Assembly: GCA_004764695.1 (NCBI GenBank)
Contig: SMSO01000032.1
Location: forward strand, 5,736,483 to 5,800,482
Source of the DNA: Schizochytrium sp. TIO01
Taxonomy: Eukaryota > Protista > Bigyra: Labyrinthulomycetes
Direction of reading: 5' to 3'
Length of the DNA: 64,000 nt
The notes under the pieces are model-generated. The model worked only from the letters and a program-made list of their open reading frames with translations. It did no database searches and was not told the origin of the DNA. Positions 19,617 to 30,718 of the stretch are shown piece by piece. Every line of letters begins with the position of its first letter. Positions within the stretch are counted from its first letter, which is position 1. Made by a program: the position numbers and the translations under genes.

Positions 19617-21260
19617 ATGCGGTACACTTTTGAACTTATTGGAGACGGAGAAATTGAAATGACCGACCATGGTAACAATACCAAGAGTACTATAAAGAAG
19701 GACATGTACCAGATGTTTGTTGAGGAGGCGCGTCGGGGATATACCGGTGAAGATGGGATTATACTTATTCCACCTATTTATTACAACTTTCTTTCATCTG
19801 ATTTCAACGTCAACACTCCTAGTGAAAAGAGTAATGATTGGCTAGCAAAAATTCCTCCGCATACTCAGGGTTGTCTTTTTGATTTTCAGAAGAACGCCAT
19901 CGGAAAAATGATTGCACACAAGCGTTGTTTAAATGCCACTAGCATGGGTTGCGGCAAGTCTATTCAGGCACTATGCTCATTGGCTGCACTCCGTGACCCC
20001 TCAAAGGGTGACCTAATCATCTGCCCAGGGTATCTTCGTGATAACTGGGTGAATGAGATTCGAACGTGGTTGGGTGGTGATACTGAGTATCACGTAATTA
20101 ACAAGGCCGGAAAAGCCGAAATGGAACAAGCGCGGCAAACTCTCCTCTATGCTAGGGGTATTAAGATTATCTCCTACGATATGGCTGCGAATATTTTTTC
20201 TACCATAAAACAGACTGTTCGGCGTTCCACCAGGTTCTTCAATTCTGTGATATGCGATGAAAGTCACTATCTAAAACAACCACGAACCAAGCGGTTCCGC
20301 ATGTTATGTGATGTGATTCGTGCCGCAAATCATGTATTCTTACTCACAGGGACCCCCTCACCTAACCACCCTCGGGATTATTTTGCTCAATTTTCACTAC
20401 TGAAACCTGATGTTTTCCGTAGATACCATACTTTTGCCGAAAGGTATTGCGGGGGCCATATTGACCGTTTCAACCAATACAACGACCGAGGTCACACGAA
20501 CATGCGTGAGCTAGCACATATGGTGTCTAAATTGATCATTCGAATCCGACGCGAGGACGTCTTAACTGATCTTCCCTCGGTGGTTCGGCAAAAGACGATA
20601 TTACCCCGAAGTTCTTCTAAATGCTACCAAAAATTGAAAAAAAAATTTGATGATGCTATTAGTCGTATTAACAAAGATAGGGACGCTTCTTTTGAAGTTC
20701 AATCACTGGCATCCCAGATGTTTCTGGAGACCGCCCGCATCAAAGTATCACCGGTGGTTGATTACTTCAGAGATTACCTTTGTGGTTGGGACCCTGCGTT
20801 GTCTTCAGAAAAGGTGATTATCTATTGCAAGCACCAGTCGATGTTCGGAGGGTTGTCGGATCTTTTTGATGGACTGGAAATAGAGTTTATTGGAATTTCT
20901 GGACAAACTCCGACCAGTGAACGTACAAGGCTCATTCAGAGGTTCCTGCAGGATCCATTGTGTGGTGTGGCGCTTCTAACGATCGGCTCCTGTGCAACTG
21001 GTATCAACCTCTGTCCTGTGTCTAGGATGATTTTTACTGAGTTATGCTGGTCTCCTTCTGACCTTTCCCAGTGTGAGGCACGAATCTCTCGTATTGGTGG
21101 CGCAAGTCATCTGGAGTATACTTATCTAGTATGTGATGGGACCCTCGATGAACAAGTTTTCCGAAAACTTGAACACAAGACTAGCGTGACAAATGATATT
21201 GTAGATGCTGGCAAGGACTATGGAGACTTCAGGTTCGCGAAGCGCCAACGCCTTACTTGA
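19617..21260 (+). CDS. SNF2-family helicase/translocase (SMARCAL1/ZRANB3-like)
   Basis: SMGCGKS, ICP, ISYD, CDESH, LLTGTP and WSPSDLSQCEARISRIG motifs. Confidence 0.9.
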   Translation: MRYTFELIGDGEIEMTDHGNNTKSTIKKDMYQMFVEEARRGYTGEDGIILIPPIYYNFLSSDFNVNTPSEKSNDWLAKIPPHTQGCLFDFQKNAIGKMIAHKRCLNATSMGCGKSIQALCSLAALRDPSKGDLIICPGYLRDNWVNEIRTWLGGDTEYHVINKAGKAEMEQARQTLLYARGIKIISYDMAANIFSTIKQTVRRSTRFFNSVICDESHYLKQPRTKRFRMLCDVIRAANHVFLLTGTPSPNHPRDYFAQFSLLKPDVFRRYHTFAERYCGGHIDRFNQYNDRGHTNMRELAHMVSKLIIRIRREDVLTDLPSVVRQKTILPRSSSKCYQKLKKKFDDAISRINKDRDASFEVQSLASQMFLETARIKVSPVVDYFRDYLCGWDPALSSEKVIIYCKHQSMFGGLSDLFDGLEIEFIGISGQTPTSERTRLIQRFLQDPLCGVALLTIGSCATGINLCPVSRMIFTELCWSPSDLSQCEARISRIGGASHLEYTYLVCDGTLDEQVFRKLEHKTSVTNDIVDAGKDYGDFRFAKRQRLT

Positions 21261-21334
21261 CCATCATATGTGACAATTAGATTGACCTAAGTAGAAATCT
21301 ATATCTATTTTCAACTCTTACCACTATTATTAAA

Positions 21335-22069
21335 ATGACCTCTAAGTTTTCAACGTCCTTTGACTCATGTGAATTCACTGAGGAATCTAATAATCTTCGC
21401 TGTGTTAATAACTACAATACAGTCTTCTCTGCGTTGGTTCACGCTGAGCCTATTCACTGTAGCACTCACTACTGTACTATTATGGAAAATCAGATTGAGG
21501 GAATGTATAACACGTTGTCCTGCTCTGGTGCCGTACTAAGTATCCAGCATAGCAATCTCTATAACCCACTTTCACCCAGTAGCATTAGTCTTGATGGATA
21601 TAATATTGTTACAGACCATCTAGAGTTTAACGAGTACTATTTTAACGATGTGCGGACTGAATTTGCATCAAACATTGCAAGTATAGAGTGCTCGGATCGC
21701 TTTAAGACATGTATTGGGCTTGAAGATGGGTCATCAATGTGTTTTGGAAATGTGTCTGATAAAATTCTAGTCTACCCACTTGTTTCTTTCTTTGCATCGT
21801 TTGGTATCTGTTTGTTTCTTGGTATTTGCATATTGGGAACATGGGTAACCCGGGATACATCTTCAACCAACCGTGGACGTTTTGTTGCTTCTTGTTTTTT
21901 ATTCATCGTAAACGGAACTACCATTGGTATCATGTGTGCCCTCATGCATATGAGCACAATCGCTGTAGTTATTGGTGGCGCTCTTGTTTATGGTGGGCCG
22001 GTATTATATATGACTTGGACTCTATTGCATAGTATTTGGCGAGGGTTAAATGGGTACAAAAATGTTTAA
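21335..22069 (+). CDS. Membrane protein with Cys-containing ectodomain (paralog of 50336-51376)
   Basis: Shares NTLSCSG, NPL.P and C...F.TCI...CFG; three C-terminal transmembrane helices. Confidence 0.75.
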   Translation: MTSKFSTSFDSCEFTEESNNLRCVNNYNTVFSALVHAEPIHCSTHYCTIMENQIEGMYNTLSCSGAVLSIQHSNLYNPLSPSSISLDGYNIVTDHLEFNEYYFNDVRTEFASNIASIECSDRFKTCIGLEDGSSMCFGNVSDKILVYPLVSFFASFGICLFLGICILGTWVTRDTSSTNRGRFVASCFLFIVNGTTIGIMCALMHMSTIAVVIGGALVYGGPVLYMTWTLLHSIWRGLNGYKNV

Positions 22070-23790
22070 GTTTGAATATAAGAGTCATCTATTTCCATAA
22101 TTGTATCTATACATCTCTCTAGTGCTGACCACATACTAATCATATTTCTGACTTTCGCCGGTTGTTGCACGTTTGCAGGGAAAATGATAGGTATTGCCTT
22201 GTGGAGCATCATTCTGACACGTAGTAGACATTCCTGCTTCATAGCCTCTCGTGTCACAGGATTCGTGTACAAGAAAGAAGAACTAGGCTTTTCCAGGCGA
22301 CTTCCTGAATAAGTACACGTTTGTGAGCTTTGTTTGAAGTCGTCTGACCACACTATATCCTCAGCAAAGTTCCTCATGAACTGCTTCACTTCAGGTGTTA
22401 ATTTTGAAATGTTACGGGGCGCTCTCTTTAAATGAAAGTAAGCGATCTCCAAAAAGAACAATGCTTCTGTTTGGCTAAATTCCTGGAAAAGATGAGGATG
22501 CTGTCTGATAAATTGAGCACCTACTTGTGCCATTCGAGTCAGATAATCTGAAATGTTTCCTGACTGTGGACATCCCAATGATGTAGGAGAGACACCCTTA
22601 TTGATCATGGCTGTTGTCCATCCCAGTGTGATGAACGATGGATCGTTGAAACCTCCAGAAAGATTGTAACCATTTTCGTGGATAGAACGTGCTAGCTCCA
22701 TCAAAATAACTTCCCCTGGTGACAATTTAATTTTGCCTAATCGATGGAGTAATCTAATTGCATCCCATGCAGAATTCAGGATCGGCGCGTGCTTTTCCAT
22801 GGTTTTGTGAAGCATAGGTAGTACATCATTGATGCCAATATACTCAACACAGGGGATATTATGTTGAATAAGGCTAAGTTGGTGTTCTGTCAATATGTCA
22901 GTGATCGGATAAGTAACTCGTGTCTCTGCGTCAAACCTCTTCAACCATAGTTCATAATCATCTTTTGGGCCGTATTCTCTAGTCATAACATCGATGGCTT
23001 CTAATTCTTGGTCACTGGGTATTTCTGCTGTCACAGAGCCTGGTCCCGATTCAAGTTCAACTCGATCAAGCCGAGCCTGTTTGGCAGCACGGCGACACGC
23101 CTCAGGGCCTGTATCGGGTTCAGGTTCCGGGCGCTTTTTGTCTGGATTGATCGCTGGTGGTGCCAGAATATGGGACTTAGACATAGGTACCTTGTTTAGG
23201 CGTTCTTGTTCTTTTTGCAGTCTGTCTTGTTCTTTATCATAGGCGAGTTGCTTTTTTTCCGCCTCTTTTTTTTCACGTTCAAGCTGAGCAGCCTCTTGAA
23301 TTTTTTTCACACTCTCCAATATTTGTTCTTTCGTTGGTAATTGGTGGGTGTTAGTGGTAGTGTTATTTGTAGTAGTACTAGTAACATCGGGTAAATCGGG
23401 GGAGTGAGGCGTAGTGGTACATTCCGATTGTTTAGCACTGGAAGCCGCCTCGTGGTTTCTTTTCCAATAGGCTGCTATACTCTCGTTGTCATAATTGTTC
23501 AAGCCGAGAGACTCTGCCAAGGGCGGGGTTTGTGCACTCATAATGGCCTCTTTCTTCTCCTTAGGAAGGAAAGTCTCGCACCAGATACCTTGTAGTTCTT
23601 CTAGCTTAAGCTCCTGTTTTCCCGGTGCCACGAGTTGCACGAGATTACTTTCGAGGTTAGCCACCGATAGTGCGAACTCCCAGAAGTCTTCTTCGGCGGG
23701 CTCTGGGTTCATGAAGGTACTGACATCATCGCGCACCTTCTCAACAGCTACCTTGACTGCATCGTCCATGTCGCTCTTTCCTACGCGCAT
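22066..23790 (-). CDS. Hypothetical protein with low-complexity/coiled-coil centre
   Basis: 574-aa ORF. Confidence 0.8.
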   Translation of the reverse strand: MRVGKSDMDDAVKVAVEKVRDDVSTFMNPEPAEEDFWEFALSVANLESNLVQLVAPGKQELKLEELQGIWCETFLPKEKKEAIMSAQTPPLAESLGLNNYDNESIAAYWKRNHEAASSAKQSECTTTPHSPDLPDVTSTTTNNTTTNTHQLPTKEQILESVKKIQEAAQLEREKKEAEKKQLAYDKEQDRLQKEQERLNKVPMSKSHILAPPAINPDKKRPEPEPDTGPEACRRAAKQARLDRVELESGPGSVTAEIPSDQELEAIDVMTREYGPKDDYELWLKRFDAETRVTYPITDILTEHQLSLIQHNIPCVEYIGINDVLPMLHKTMEKHAPILNSAWDAIRLLHRLGKIKLSPGEVILMELARSIHENGYNLSGGFNDPSFITLGWTTAMINKGVSPTSLGCPQSGNISDYLTRMAQVGAQFIRQHPHLFQEFSQTEALFFLEIAYFHLKRAPRNISKLTPEVKQFMRNFAEDIVWSDDFKQSSQTCTYSGSRLEKPSSSFLYTNPVTREAMKQECLLRVRMMLHKAIPIIFPANVQQPAKVRNMISMWSALERCIDTIMEIDDSYIQT

Positions 23791-23827
23791 GAAGCTTCTT
23801 CTACTCGATTATAGTTATTGGACTTGT

Positions 23828-23862
23828 CCGCGATGGCTCCGCGATGGCTCCGCGACGGCTCC
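23828..23862. repeat. Three 11-bp tandem repeats, CCGCGA(T/C)GGCT
   Basis: ccgcgatggct ccgcgatggct ccgcgacggct within a GC-rich patch. Confidence 0.85.
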
Positions 23863-24121
23863 CTCTGTCTTTCTTTTCTCTGCCTGCGCGCAGCTGCGCT
23901 CTGAGTCTTTACAGGCCTGCGCGCGCTTGTACCTTGGCTACAACCCTAACCGCGTACTCGCTCTGTCTATCTGGATACCTCTTCGCGTACGATGAGAGTC
24001 ACGCTAGGTTGAATTCGTGTTTGGTGTTTGATTGACTTGTTCCTCGCTTAACCACAATTTAAGGTATTTTAAAAATTAAGGTGAACAATTTGATTAGTTT
24101 GAAATAAAACAAATAATTTTT

Positions 24122-25507
24122 TTAAATGGTCGCTCGGCGAAACTTATCAAATGATACTTGAACTTGTGTGAGGGCATTTTTAATGGTAGACTCTTCCCTA
24201 AGGAACGCAGGAACATTCTTGTTGTCTCTGTACTTCACTAATCGCATTCTAGTAAGTTTCTCTAACTTATCAATAAAAGAGTGAGTGTACTTTGCTCGGG
24301 GCCGAATAGCAATCATGTTAGAAAGATTCATAGAATTCCGCGAATGGGGGTTGCATTGAAGATTGGTCATAAGCGCCATTAATTTGAGCTTGTGCGAGAA
24401 GTTTGCGTCATCGGGGCAAGTCGATGAGAGGTAGATTCCACGGTAAATATTTACTAGGGTAATCGTCGCTGGCGCATCATAGTTCTTATTAAAAGCTTCG
24501 TAGCTGTTAATAAAGAACCTTCTGAGAGAGTTGTAAGTATTGTAGGGATTCAGATCGAAATTGATGATATTGAGAGTCTCACAAAACTTCATCAAGGCAA
24601 TATTTTGAGAGTTATGACGCCAATGCAATTCGAAAGCCAGCATCTGAATCTCTACTGATTTAAAATCAATTTTGAGTGCTGGTTTGACTACATCGAGTAT
24701 GTAGTTACCGGAAGTGTTTTTGACATGATTATAAATCTGTACAATAAACAATGGGTCATGTACACCGTTCTGAATGTTGGCCCCGTTTATAAAAAGATTG
24801 CAATCCATGGGGTCAAGAGCAGAAATATAACTCTTCACAAAGTTGCCAAGGTTAATTCGCTTAGGTGCAGAAGCGTCCGTGTTCCCAACACTGTCAGAAT
24901 CGACGCTAAACTTGCGTTTGAACTTGGTATTTCGATTGGCAAGCCACTCTGGGCAGGACTCCAGGAGACTGAAATTCTCCTGACCCATGCCTTCAAGAAA
25001 CTTTTGTAGTTGCACCTTGTCATCGCGTGTAGAGAGGAACTGATCTAGCTCCTTGCGAAATGCATGTTCATTTCTATTGCGATAGGAGTCTAACCATCCA
25101 CGCATTGATTTTGTCGAAGGGATAGGTATGTTTCCGAGGACCTTTGAGTCTTTGAGAAACCTCTTGACCTTATTCCAGTCAACATACCCATTCTCGCGCA
25201 TGGCTCGGAAAACGGCTGCGAAAATGATCACCTTGAACTCGTTCGCAGCGATATTCTCAGGTTTAGGAGGACGGGCCATCTTGTCACTTCGCGATGACGA
25301 AGGCTTCGAGTGTAGGTTGCGCGTGAGAAACGGGGCGTCGCTGGTAATCACGGCGGTGGGGCTAGTGCTGGGCGCGTGGGGACCTATGCCTGTGGTGAGC
25401 TCACTGGCGGCGGTAGCGGTAGGACGTTGCTTAGCTTGACGTGGTTGAGATTGAGTTTTTGGTCTATGCAAAATTTTTCTCAGTCGCTTTCTGATTTTAT
25501 AGGCCAT
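24122..25507 (-). CDS. Hypothetical basic protein, possibly DNA-binding
   Basis: 461-aa ORF; HTH-like segment WNKVKRFLK...STKSMRGWLDSY. Confidence 0.7.
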   Translation of the reverse strand: MAYKIRKRLRKILHRPKTQSQPRQAKQRPTATAASELTTGIGPHAPSTSPTAVITSDAPFLTRNLHSKPSSSRSDKMARPPKPENIAANEFKVIIFAAVFRAMRENGYVDWNKVKRFLKDSKVLGNIPIPSTKSMRGWLDSYRNRNEHAFRKELDQFLSTRDDKVQLQKFLEGMGQENFSLLESCPEWLANRNTKFKRKFSVDSDSVGNTDASAPKRINLGNFVKSYISALDPMDCNLFINGANIQNGVHDPLFIVQIYNHVKNTSGNYILDVVKPALKIDFKSVEIQMLAFELHWRHNSQNIALMKFCETLNIINFDLNPYNTYNSLRRFFINSYEAFNKNYDAPATITLVNIYRGIYLSSTCPDDANFSHKLKLMALMTNLQCNPHSRNSMNLSNMIAIRPRAKYTHSFIDKLEKLTRMRLVKYRDNKNVPAFLREESTIKNALTQVQVSFDKFRRATI

Positions 25508-25728
25508 TTAATGTACGGTCTATTAGTGCCTTCCAGAAAAAGAAGGTCATATATTGATAGAAAATTCCTCGGAACTACCAACATAATGTGAACAAAATTA
25601 GTAATTAAATTATAAAATTTTATCTAATGTAGACAATTTACGCCATTCATTATTGTAAACACTGTTGTAAACATCCGGACGGTGGTTCGGATGCCCAGCA
25701 AACCCGCAACCTGGTGAAGGAAAAGAAA

Positions 25729-26580
25729 ATGAACCCATCAGCCATAGCACGCTTGAACGTGGGCTTTTCTATTTCGAAACCTACTTTCCCGGCCCATGTA
25801 TACGAAGCAAGGGAGCCAGTTCCAGAAGAAGAGGAGAACAAGGTGGCAAGACGCGCTGCCGCTCTATTAATATCTAGGTACCACTATGAGTTGATGGAGT
25901 ATGCCAATGCCGAAAGGGCTATTTTTATGGGACGTTTGTTTTCTGTTGCAGGCTTCTGTAAGTACAATCTATACGAGGACAGTACGTCGGGTTTAGACTT
26001 CCGCTATCAAATTGAACCAGAGAGTGGTACCATGAAATGGATGGTTAGGTACCCGCTTGATACTGCATCAGCCAAGACTGCACCTGGTCGTGTATGCAGG
26101 AACATGACATACTATGGAACGAATGCGAAGACGATTCTTGACCATAACAAAATGGGTGGTGTCTGGTCGATAAAAGAGCTTCCATTCTCTGAAGACGACG
26201 ACATGACGGTATGTAGAATGCACTCTGTTGACCATACAGTATCTGTACCGGACGGACGAGGTGGTCTAAAGTCTGTGAGTTATATGTACTTGTACGAGTC
26301 GTACCGCCAAGATGAGAACTCTGATTCACCAGGAATCTCTCACGATGTAAAGGATTCCGCCATTTTCCTCATTTTTCACAGTGCTGCGGTATTGTATATC
26401 CATGGGCGCACCCCTCTCTCAAACCCCCTCTTCAATTTGCGCTGGCTCGGTGAGCAAAGGGACAACGTACAACTTATAAAATCCGAGACTACTGCGAACG
26501 GAACGGTCAAGTACTCACCCACCGAGGTCTTCGTAAATGATATTTTGCTAAACATTATCAATGGAAATTTTACTAAATAA
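25729..26580 (+). CDS. Hypothetical protein
   Basis: Long ORF; ATG at 25729 follows the CAGCAAACCCGCAAC motif. Confidence 0.8.
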   Translation: MNPSAIARLNVGFSISKPTFPAHVYEAREPVPEEEENKVARRAAALLISRYHYELMEYANAERAIFMGRLFSVAGFCKYNLYEDSTSGLDFRYQIEPESGTMKWMVRYPLDTASAKTAPGRVCRNMTYYGTNAKTILDHNKMGGVWSIKELPFSEDDDMTVCRMHSVDHTVSVPDGRGGLKSVSYMYLYESYRQDENSDSPGISHDVKDSAIFLIFHSAAVLYIHGRTPLSNPLFNLRWLGEQRDNVQLIKSETTANGTVKYSPTEVFVNDILLNIINGNFTK

Positions 26581-26582
26581 TC

Positions 26583-27677
26583 TTAAATCACTCCCATACT
26601 AGAATTAAATTGAGACGTCGATGACTCATGTGGTACAACCTGCGTGGAAGGCATGGACTTTGTTGTGGTAGTCGTGCTACTAGAACCAGCATAATTACGC
26701 CTCGATACAACGTACCAAATCAAGGCAACCGCACCAATTACAGCAACAAGCACACCAATAGAAATTCCTGCAACGACACCGCCTGATGTTCCACTGGACG
26801 ATGAGCTACTGCTACCTCCATCAGTACCTGTATCAGTTTCCGTCATTTTATACACAACGGTGCTGGTTGCAGAAACGAGCTTAGTAGAATCATAGGCCGA
26901 ATGTAGAGAGCAGGTAAGCTCATTCGCATCAAATGTGAAGGCCTTGCATGACGCTACGGAGGATCCAATGCAAGCTGATGCACATTCAATGAGACTTCCG
27001 AGAGATAGAATACTAATGAGATTCGAGGTTCCAAGACTCATTTCATTGAGAGCAGAATCAAAATAGGTTGCAAGTGTGCCGGTTTCCCGACCTGACAAAT
27101 AGGTTGGCGCATTTGTAGGAGCTGAAGTCGGAGCCTGTGAGTTTGAGCGTTCCTCCTTATCAGTTAGACACTGTGGTTTATTGCGGAACCAAAATAAGCG
27201 ATGACCTGCGCGGCCGGAACCCCGAATAGTAATTTCAGTACCGGTGTAGTCAGTATAAGGACCAACACATTGGTAAAGACCACATTGATCAGGGTTTACA
27301 TAAGATGGGTCTGGAATGTAAACTGCATTACATGACTCTGTTTCCAAACAAATCTCATAACATGCATTCCAATCATTGGTCGAACTATCATGAGATACCT
27401 TTGTACCGTAATCTGGGTCACCGAGCTTTGCACAACGAAAATTATTTAGATCCTTGATTTGAGTTGTGGTAAGTGAATCCCAATTGAAAGTATAAATGGA
27501 GCATGATTCAGGATCATCTTCTTCAACGACACACTCCTCTACAGTTCCTTTTTTTACAGTATAACTTGTGCTCGTACAAGATCCAACGGGAAGTGTGTCC
27601 GGTTGCGTAGCACCCATACAAAGACCTAGAATAGCACTTAGCACAAGTAAGGACGCTGTAGCTTGATTCTTGAACAT
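26583..27677 (-). CDS. Type I membrane protein with two PAN/Apple-like domains
   Basis: Signal peptide; ECASAC...CKAFTF...CSL pattern; APTSAPTNAPT linker; transmembrane helix. Confidence 0.8.
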   Translation of the reverse strand: MFKNQATASLLVLSAILGLCMGATQPDTLPVGSCTSTSYTVKKGTVEECVVEEDDPESCSIYTFNWDSLTTTQIKDLNNFRCAKLGDPDYGTKVSHDSSTNDWNACYEICLETESCNAVYIPDPSYVNPDQCGLYQCVGPYTDYTGTEITIRGSGRAGHRLFWFRNKPQCLTDKEERSNSQAPTSAPTNAPTYLSGRETGTLATYFDSALNEMSLGTSNLISILSLGSLIECASACIGSSVASCKAFTFDANELTCSLHSAYDSTKLVSATSTVVYKMTETDTGTDGGSSSSSSSGTSGGVVAGISIGVLVAVIGAVALIWYVVSRRNYAGSSSTTTTTKSMPSTQVVPHESSTSQFNSSMGVI

Positions 27678-27716
27678 TATGCATTATAAATGCACGAGGT
27701 ATAATTTAACTTATAT

Positions 27717-28910
27717 TCAGAGTGTCGGGATACCAAGTTGGGGTGGAGATTGTGTAGACGCAGCACCCCTACCAAGGATTGCATCTAAGCAGGAAACACT
27801 AGAATGTCCACCATACATAGCCTGGTATGAGGGTGAAATAGAACTATGTGGAATACCTAGAACATCATAGATCAGATTCTTGATTTCCTTCCTAAAACAA
27901 TAGAGCACTGTACAAACAACGAAAAGGAGGACCACAGGCACAACAATAACAACAATAAGGGTTGTGTTCAATCCCTCACTTGAATCTGTCACAATCTCCT
28001 TTTGACTGAGTTTCTCATAGGTTACTGAATTAGCAAGTGGCTCCAGCATGGACTCTGTAAAGTCGCTGTAAACACGACAAAGCAACTCCTGGTTCATGAA
28101 GGCAAAACCCATACAAGTCACAAGATTTGTGCACATGTCTGCACATTCTTCCAGGTTAGCGACATACTCTGCGCCGATAATATTTGATGTACCAAGCGAG
28201 TAACCATCAATTGATGGGGCATAATACACTGCAATGTCTCCAGTTTCATAGCCTGATTCAAAAGTGGGCGCACCAGTAGGTTGTGGTGTAGGCTCAGCTG
28301 TTGTAGGTCTATGAGTTGGAGCATTGGTGGGACCTGGTGTGGGGTTGCGAGTAGGAATCCCTGTTGGAGAGGGTGTGCCATTCTCAATATAGTCTAGACA
28401 CAATTCCTTATTCTTAAACCAATAGGCTCTGTTTGGCAAATTAGACTTAGTATTAAAAGTAAGCTCCTTCAGGTCTCCTGCATCAACGCTATTAGGACCA
28501 CTACATGGTGTTTCATAACATTGTCCGGCTTGACCTCCAGCCATAATAGTATGCACGCTACGACATTCGAAGCCTTCATAGTTCAAACATAATTGAAAGC
28601 AGTTCTCAAATGATTTACCCTCGGTGATATCAAATGTTTCTTTATTCATATTAGTTGCGCATTCTATTCGATTCACCAAATTGATTTGTGTGTCTGTAAG
28701 GGAGGGATCATCATAATTAGGCATCAGGACACTACAAGCCTTGGGTAATGAGTTGTCAATAATACATTCAAGAAGAGAGACGGTTACACCATTTCGTGTA
28801 ATGGTGTCACCTGTATCCCAACAGTCCGATGGTAGTGGATCAGCTTCGGCACCTTGTGATGAGCATAACGTGATAAACAAAACATTGAAAAACAAAAAGA
28901 CCTCCTTCAT
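27717..28910 (-). CDS. Type I membrane protein with two PAN/Apple-like domains (paralog of the previous gene)
   Basis: ECADMC...CMGFAF...CRV; PT repeats; shared ETG..A.Y...SLGTSN motif; first ATG at 28910. Confidence 0.8.
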   Translation of the reverse strand: MKEVFLFFNVLFITLCSSQGAEADPLPSDCWDTGDTITRNGVTVSLLECIIDNSLPKACSVLMPNYDDPSLTDTQINLVNRIECATNMNKETFDITEGKSFENCFQLCLNYEGFECRSVHTIMAGGQAGQCYETPCSGPNSVDAGDLKELTFNTKSNLPNRAYWFKNKELCLDYIENGTPSPTGIPTRNPTPGPTNAPTHRPTTAEPTPQPTGAPTFESGYETGDIAVYYAPSIDGYSLGTSNIIGAEYVANLEECADMCTNLVTCMGFAFMNQELLCRVYSDFTESMLEPLANSVTYEKLSQKEIVTDSSEGLNTTLIVVIVVPVVLLFVVCTVLYCFRKEIKNLIYDVLGIPHSSISPSYQAMYGGHSSVSCLDAILGRGAASTQSPPQLGIPTL

Positions 28911-28986
28911 GTGCTTATTATTTATAACAAAACGTGTTGGTATTTGATATATGTTAAATATCAATGTTGTGGTATGAATAGAATAA

Positions 28987-30660
28987 ATGTCGAACCATAC
29001 TTCCAGAGTGAAGATGAAGGCTAAGAAAAAGTCAAGACCTTCTGAACACTATTACCCGCTCTATTGTGCACCGCTTGATACTATCATGATGGTTCGAAAA
29101 AAGCACATGGGCACTGTCAAACACGCGCTAGAAACCATGCTCGGACAGCGCCGAGCCAGATTATGCTTGAATGAACTAATGCTGTTGGGTAAAAATAAAA
29201 CAGTCCTGGTTAAACTTTCTGATGAATATGCAAAGAAAGACTATGCCTGGAAAGATATCTCAAGTGCTGAAATTAACCTAACTGATAAGGAGCATGATTT
29301 GCATCGTGTTCTCAAAACGTCTGGATTTGTTGAAACCTCAACTCTTAGGGGCATGGTTTTAAATAATACTCCTAAAGAAAGAGATCAGGACAATGGAAAT
29401 TTGAATCCTAGAAAAGCAGAACGTAAAAAACAGCTTGCTACCTATGATAAGCCAAGTGTTCTAATTAAGTACGTTGGATTGTTTAAATCCGTACTGACTA
29501 TTCCACTCATTCTCTCTCTTATATTATTAGCCTATTCTGTCTCAATAACCATAGGAACTGCGTATGATGCACATAGATATAATGCTTTTAATACTATGGA
29601 TAATGGTTATCATAAGGGATCACAACTAAGTGTACCTAGTAATAATAATAGTAGTTCAACTCAATGGATAAGATCATTATCAGACAAAATGATAAATTCT
29701 CTCTATGAAGGATCGCCGTACAGTGCGCATAGGATTTATGATTTGCCTGATGACAAGTTCATGGTCAATGGACAACCAATTAGTAAGGCTTACGAAAACT
29801 TCAGTGTTACTTCGTACATCACGTTAGAAATGGTGGCTTCAGTATTTATTGTTTCACTCAGAGACCTACCTGTTAATAGTGTGAATGAGTATTTCCAAGA
29901 CGTAATTTCTTGGCTTCCAGAACTGATTAGTGGAACACTGGACAGTATTTCTTTGAAAAAGATAGTCACCAGTATTACAGATGGAATGCGTGGTAATTTA
30001 CCATCTAAGGTTGTTGCATTGGGCAAAGAATTAAATGAATATAAGACGTTCGTTAATTCAATAGTGTCAACTTATCTCGATCGTGATGATGGCACGAAAA
30101 TTAATGTTGTACAAAAGCTTTTGGAAGATCAGATATATACAGCCATTATGTACATAGGAACAACAGCGTTACATTATAAAAGTGGAAGGATTTCGAAAAA
30201 ATCCATTATTTCCATAGCCATCGCTACCCTGGTATTTCAAAGATATGTTATTTTTCCAGCGATAAATACAGTGGCTTTCAACTACCTATACGCGCGTAAT
30301 CCATCTTATTACCCATCTCCTGACGACAGCCCTCAACAGTGGAACTTGGAAGAATTTGGAAAACGCATGTATACTATTCAACTCATGCAGAGATCTTTTC
30401 GCATTGCAACAACTGTTATTTCAGCCAGGCAGGTGATTTATGATAATTTTCCAAAGAATACAAAGCGTGGACATAAATATGTATTGAGTTTAGTATGGTA
30501 TATATTCAACAATTTGGACCAGTTAGGTACCATCATCTATAATAATAACGAAATTATCAGTGAACCCTACGAAGTAGGAGTTAGATTGATGAATCGAAAG
30601 CGATCAAAAAGATTTGCATCAACGTTATTTGATATGTTTAATAGCGAACTAAATAACTAA
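28987..30660 (+). CDS. Hypothetical membrane protein
   Basis: 557-aa ORF with internal transmembrane segments. Confidence 0.8.
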   Translation: MSNHTSRVKMKAKKKSRPSEHYYPLYCAPLDTIMMVRKKHMGTVKHALETMLGQRRARLCLNELMLLGKNKTVLVKLSDEYAKKDYAWKDISSAEINLTDKEHDLHRVLKTSGFVETSTLRGMVLNNTPKERDQDNGNLNPRKAERKKQLATYDKPSVLIKYVGLFKSVLTIPLILSLILLAYSVSITIGTAYDAHRYNAFNTMDNGYHKGSQLSVPSNNNSSSTQWIRSLSDKMINSLYEGSPYSAHRIYDLPDDKFMVNGQPISKAYENFSVTSYITLEMVASVFIVSLRDLPVNSVNEYFQDVISWLPELISGTLDSISLKKIVTSITDGMRGNLPSKVVALGKELNEYKTFVNSIVSTYLDRDDGTKINVVQKLLEDQIYTAIMYIGTTALHYKSGRISKKSIISIAIATLVFQRYVIFPAINTVAFNYLYARNPSYYPSPDDSPQQWNLEEFGKRMYTIQLMQRSFRIATTVISARQVIYDNFPKNTKRGHKYVLSLVWYIFNNLDQLGTIIYNNNEIISEPYEVGVRLMNRKRSKRFASTLFDMFNSELNN

Positions 30661-30718
30661 CATCATCTATATCAAAATATAATGTGTTATACATTGAACC
30701 ATAAAAGATCAGTCAATC

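Noticed and set aside
23791-23960. Phase-variable N-terminal extension of the 574-aa ORF through the 11-bp repeat
   Set aside because: Two in-frame stops lie between the repeat and the ATG, whatever the repeat number.
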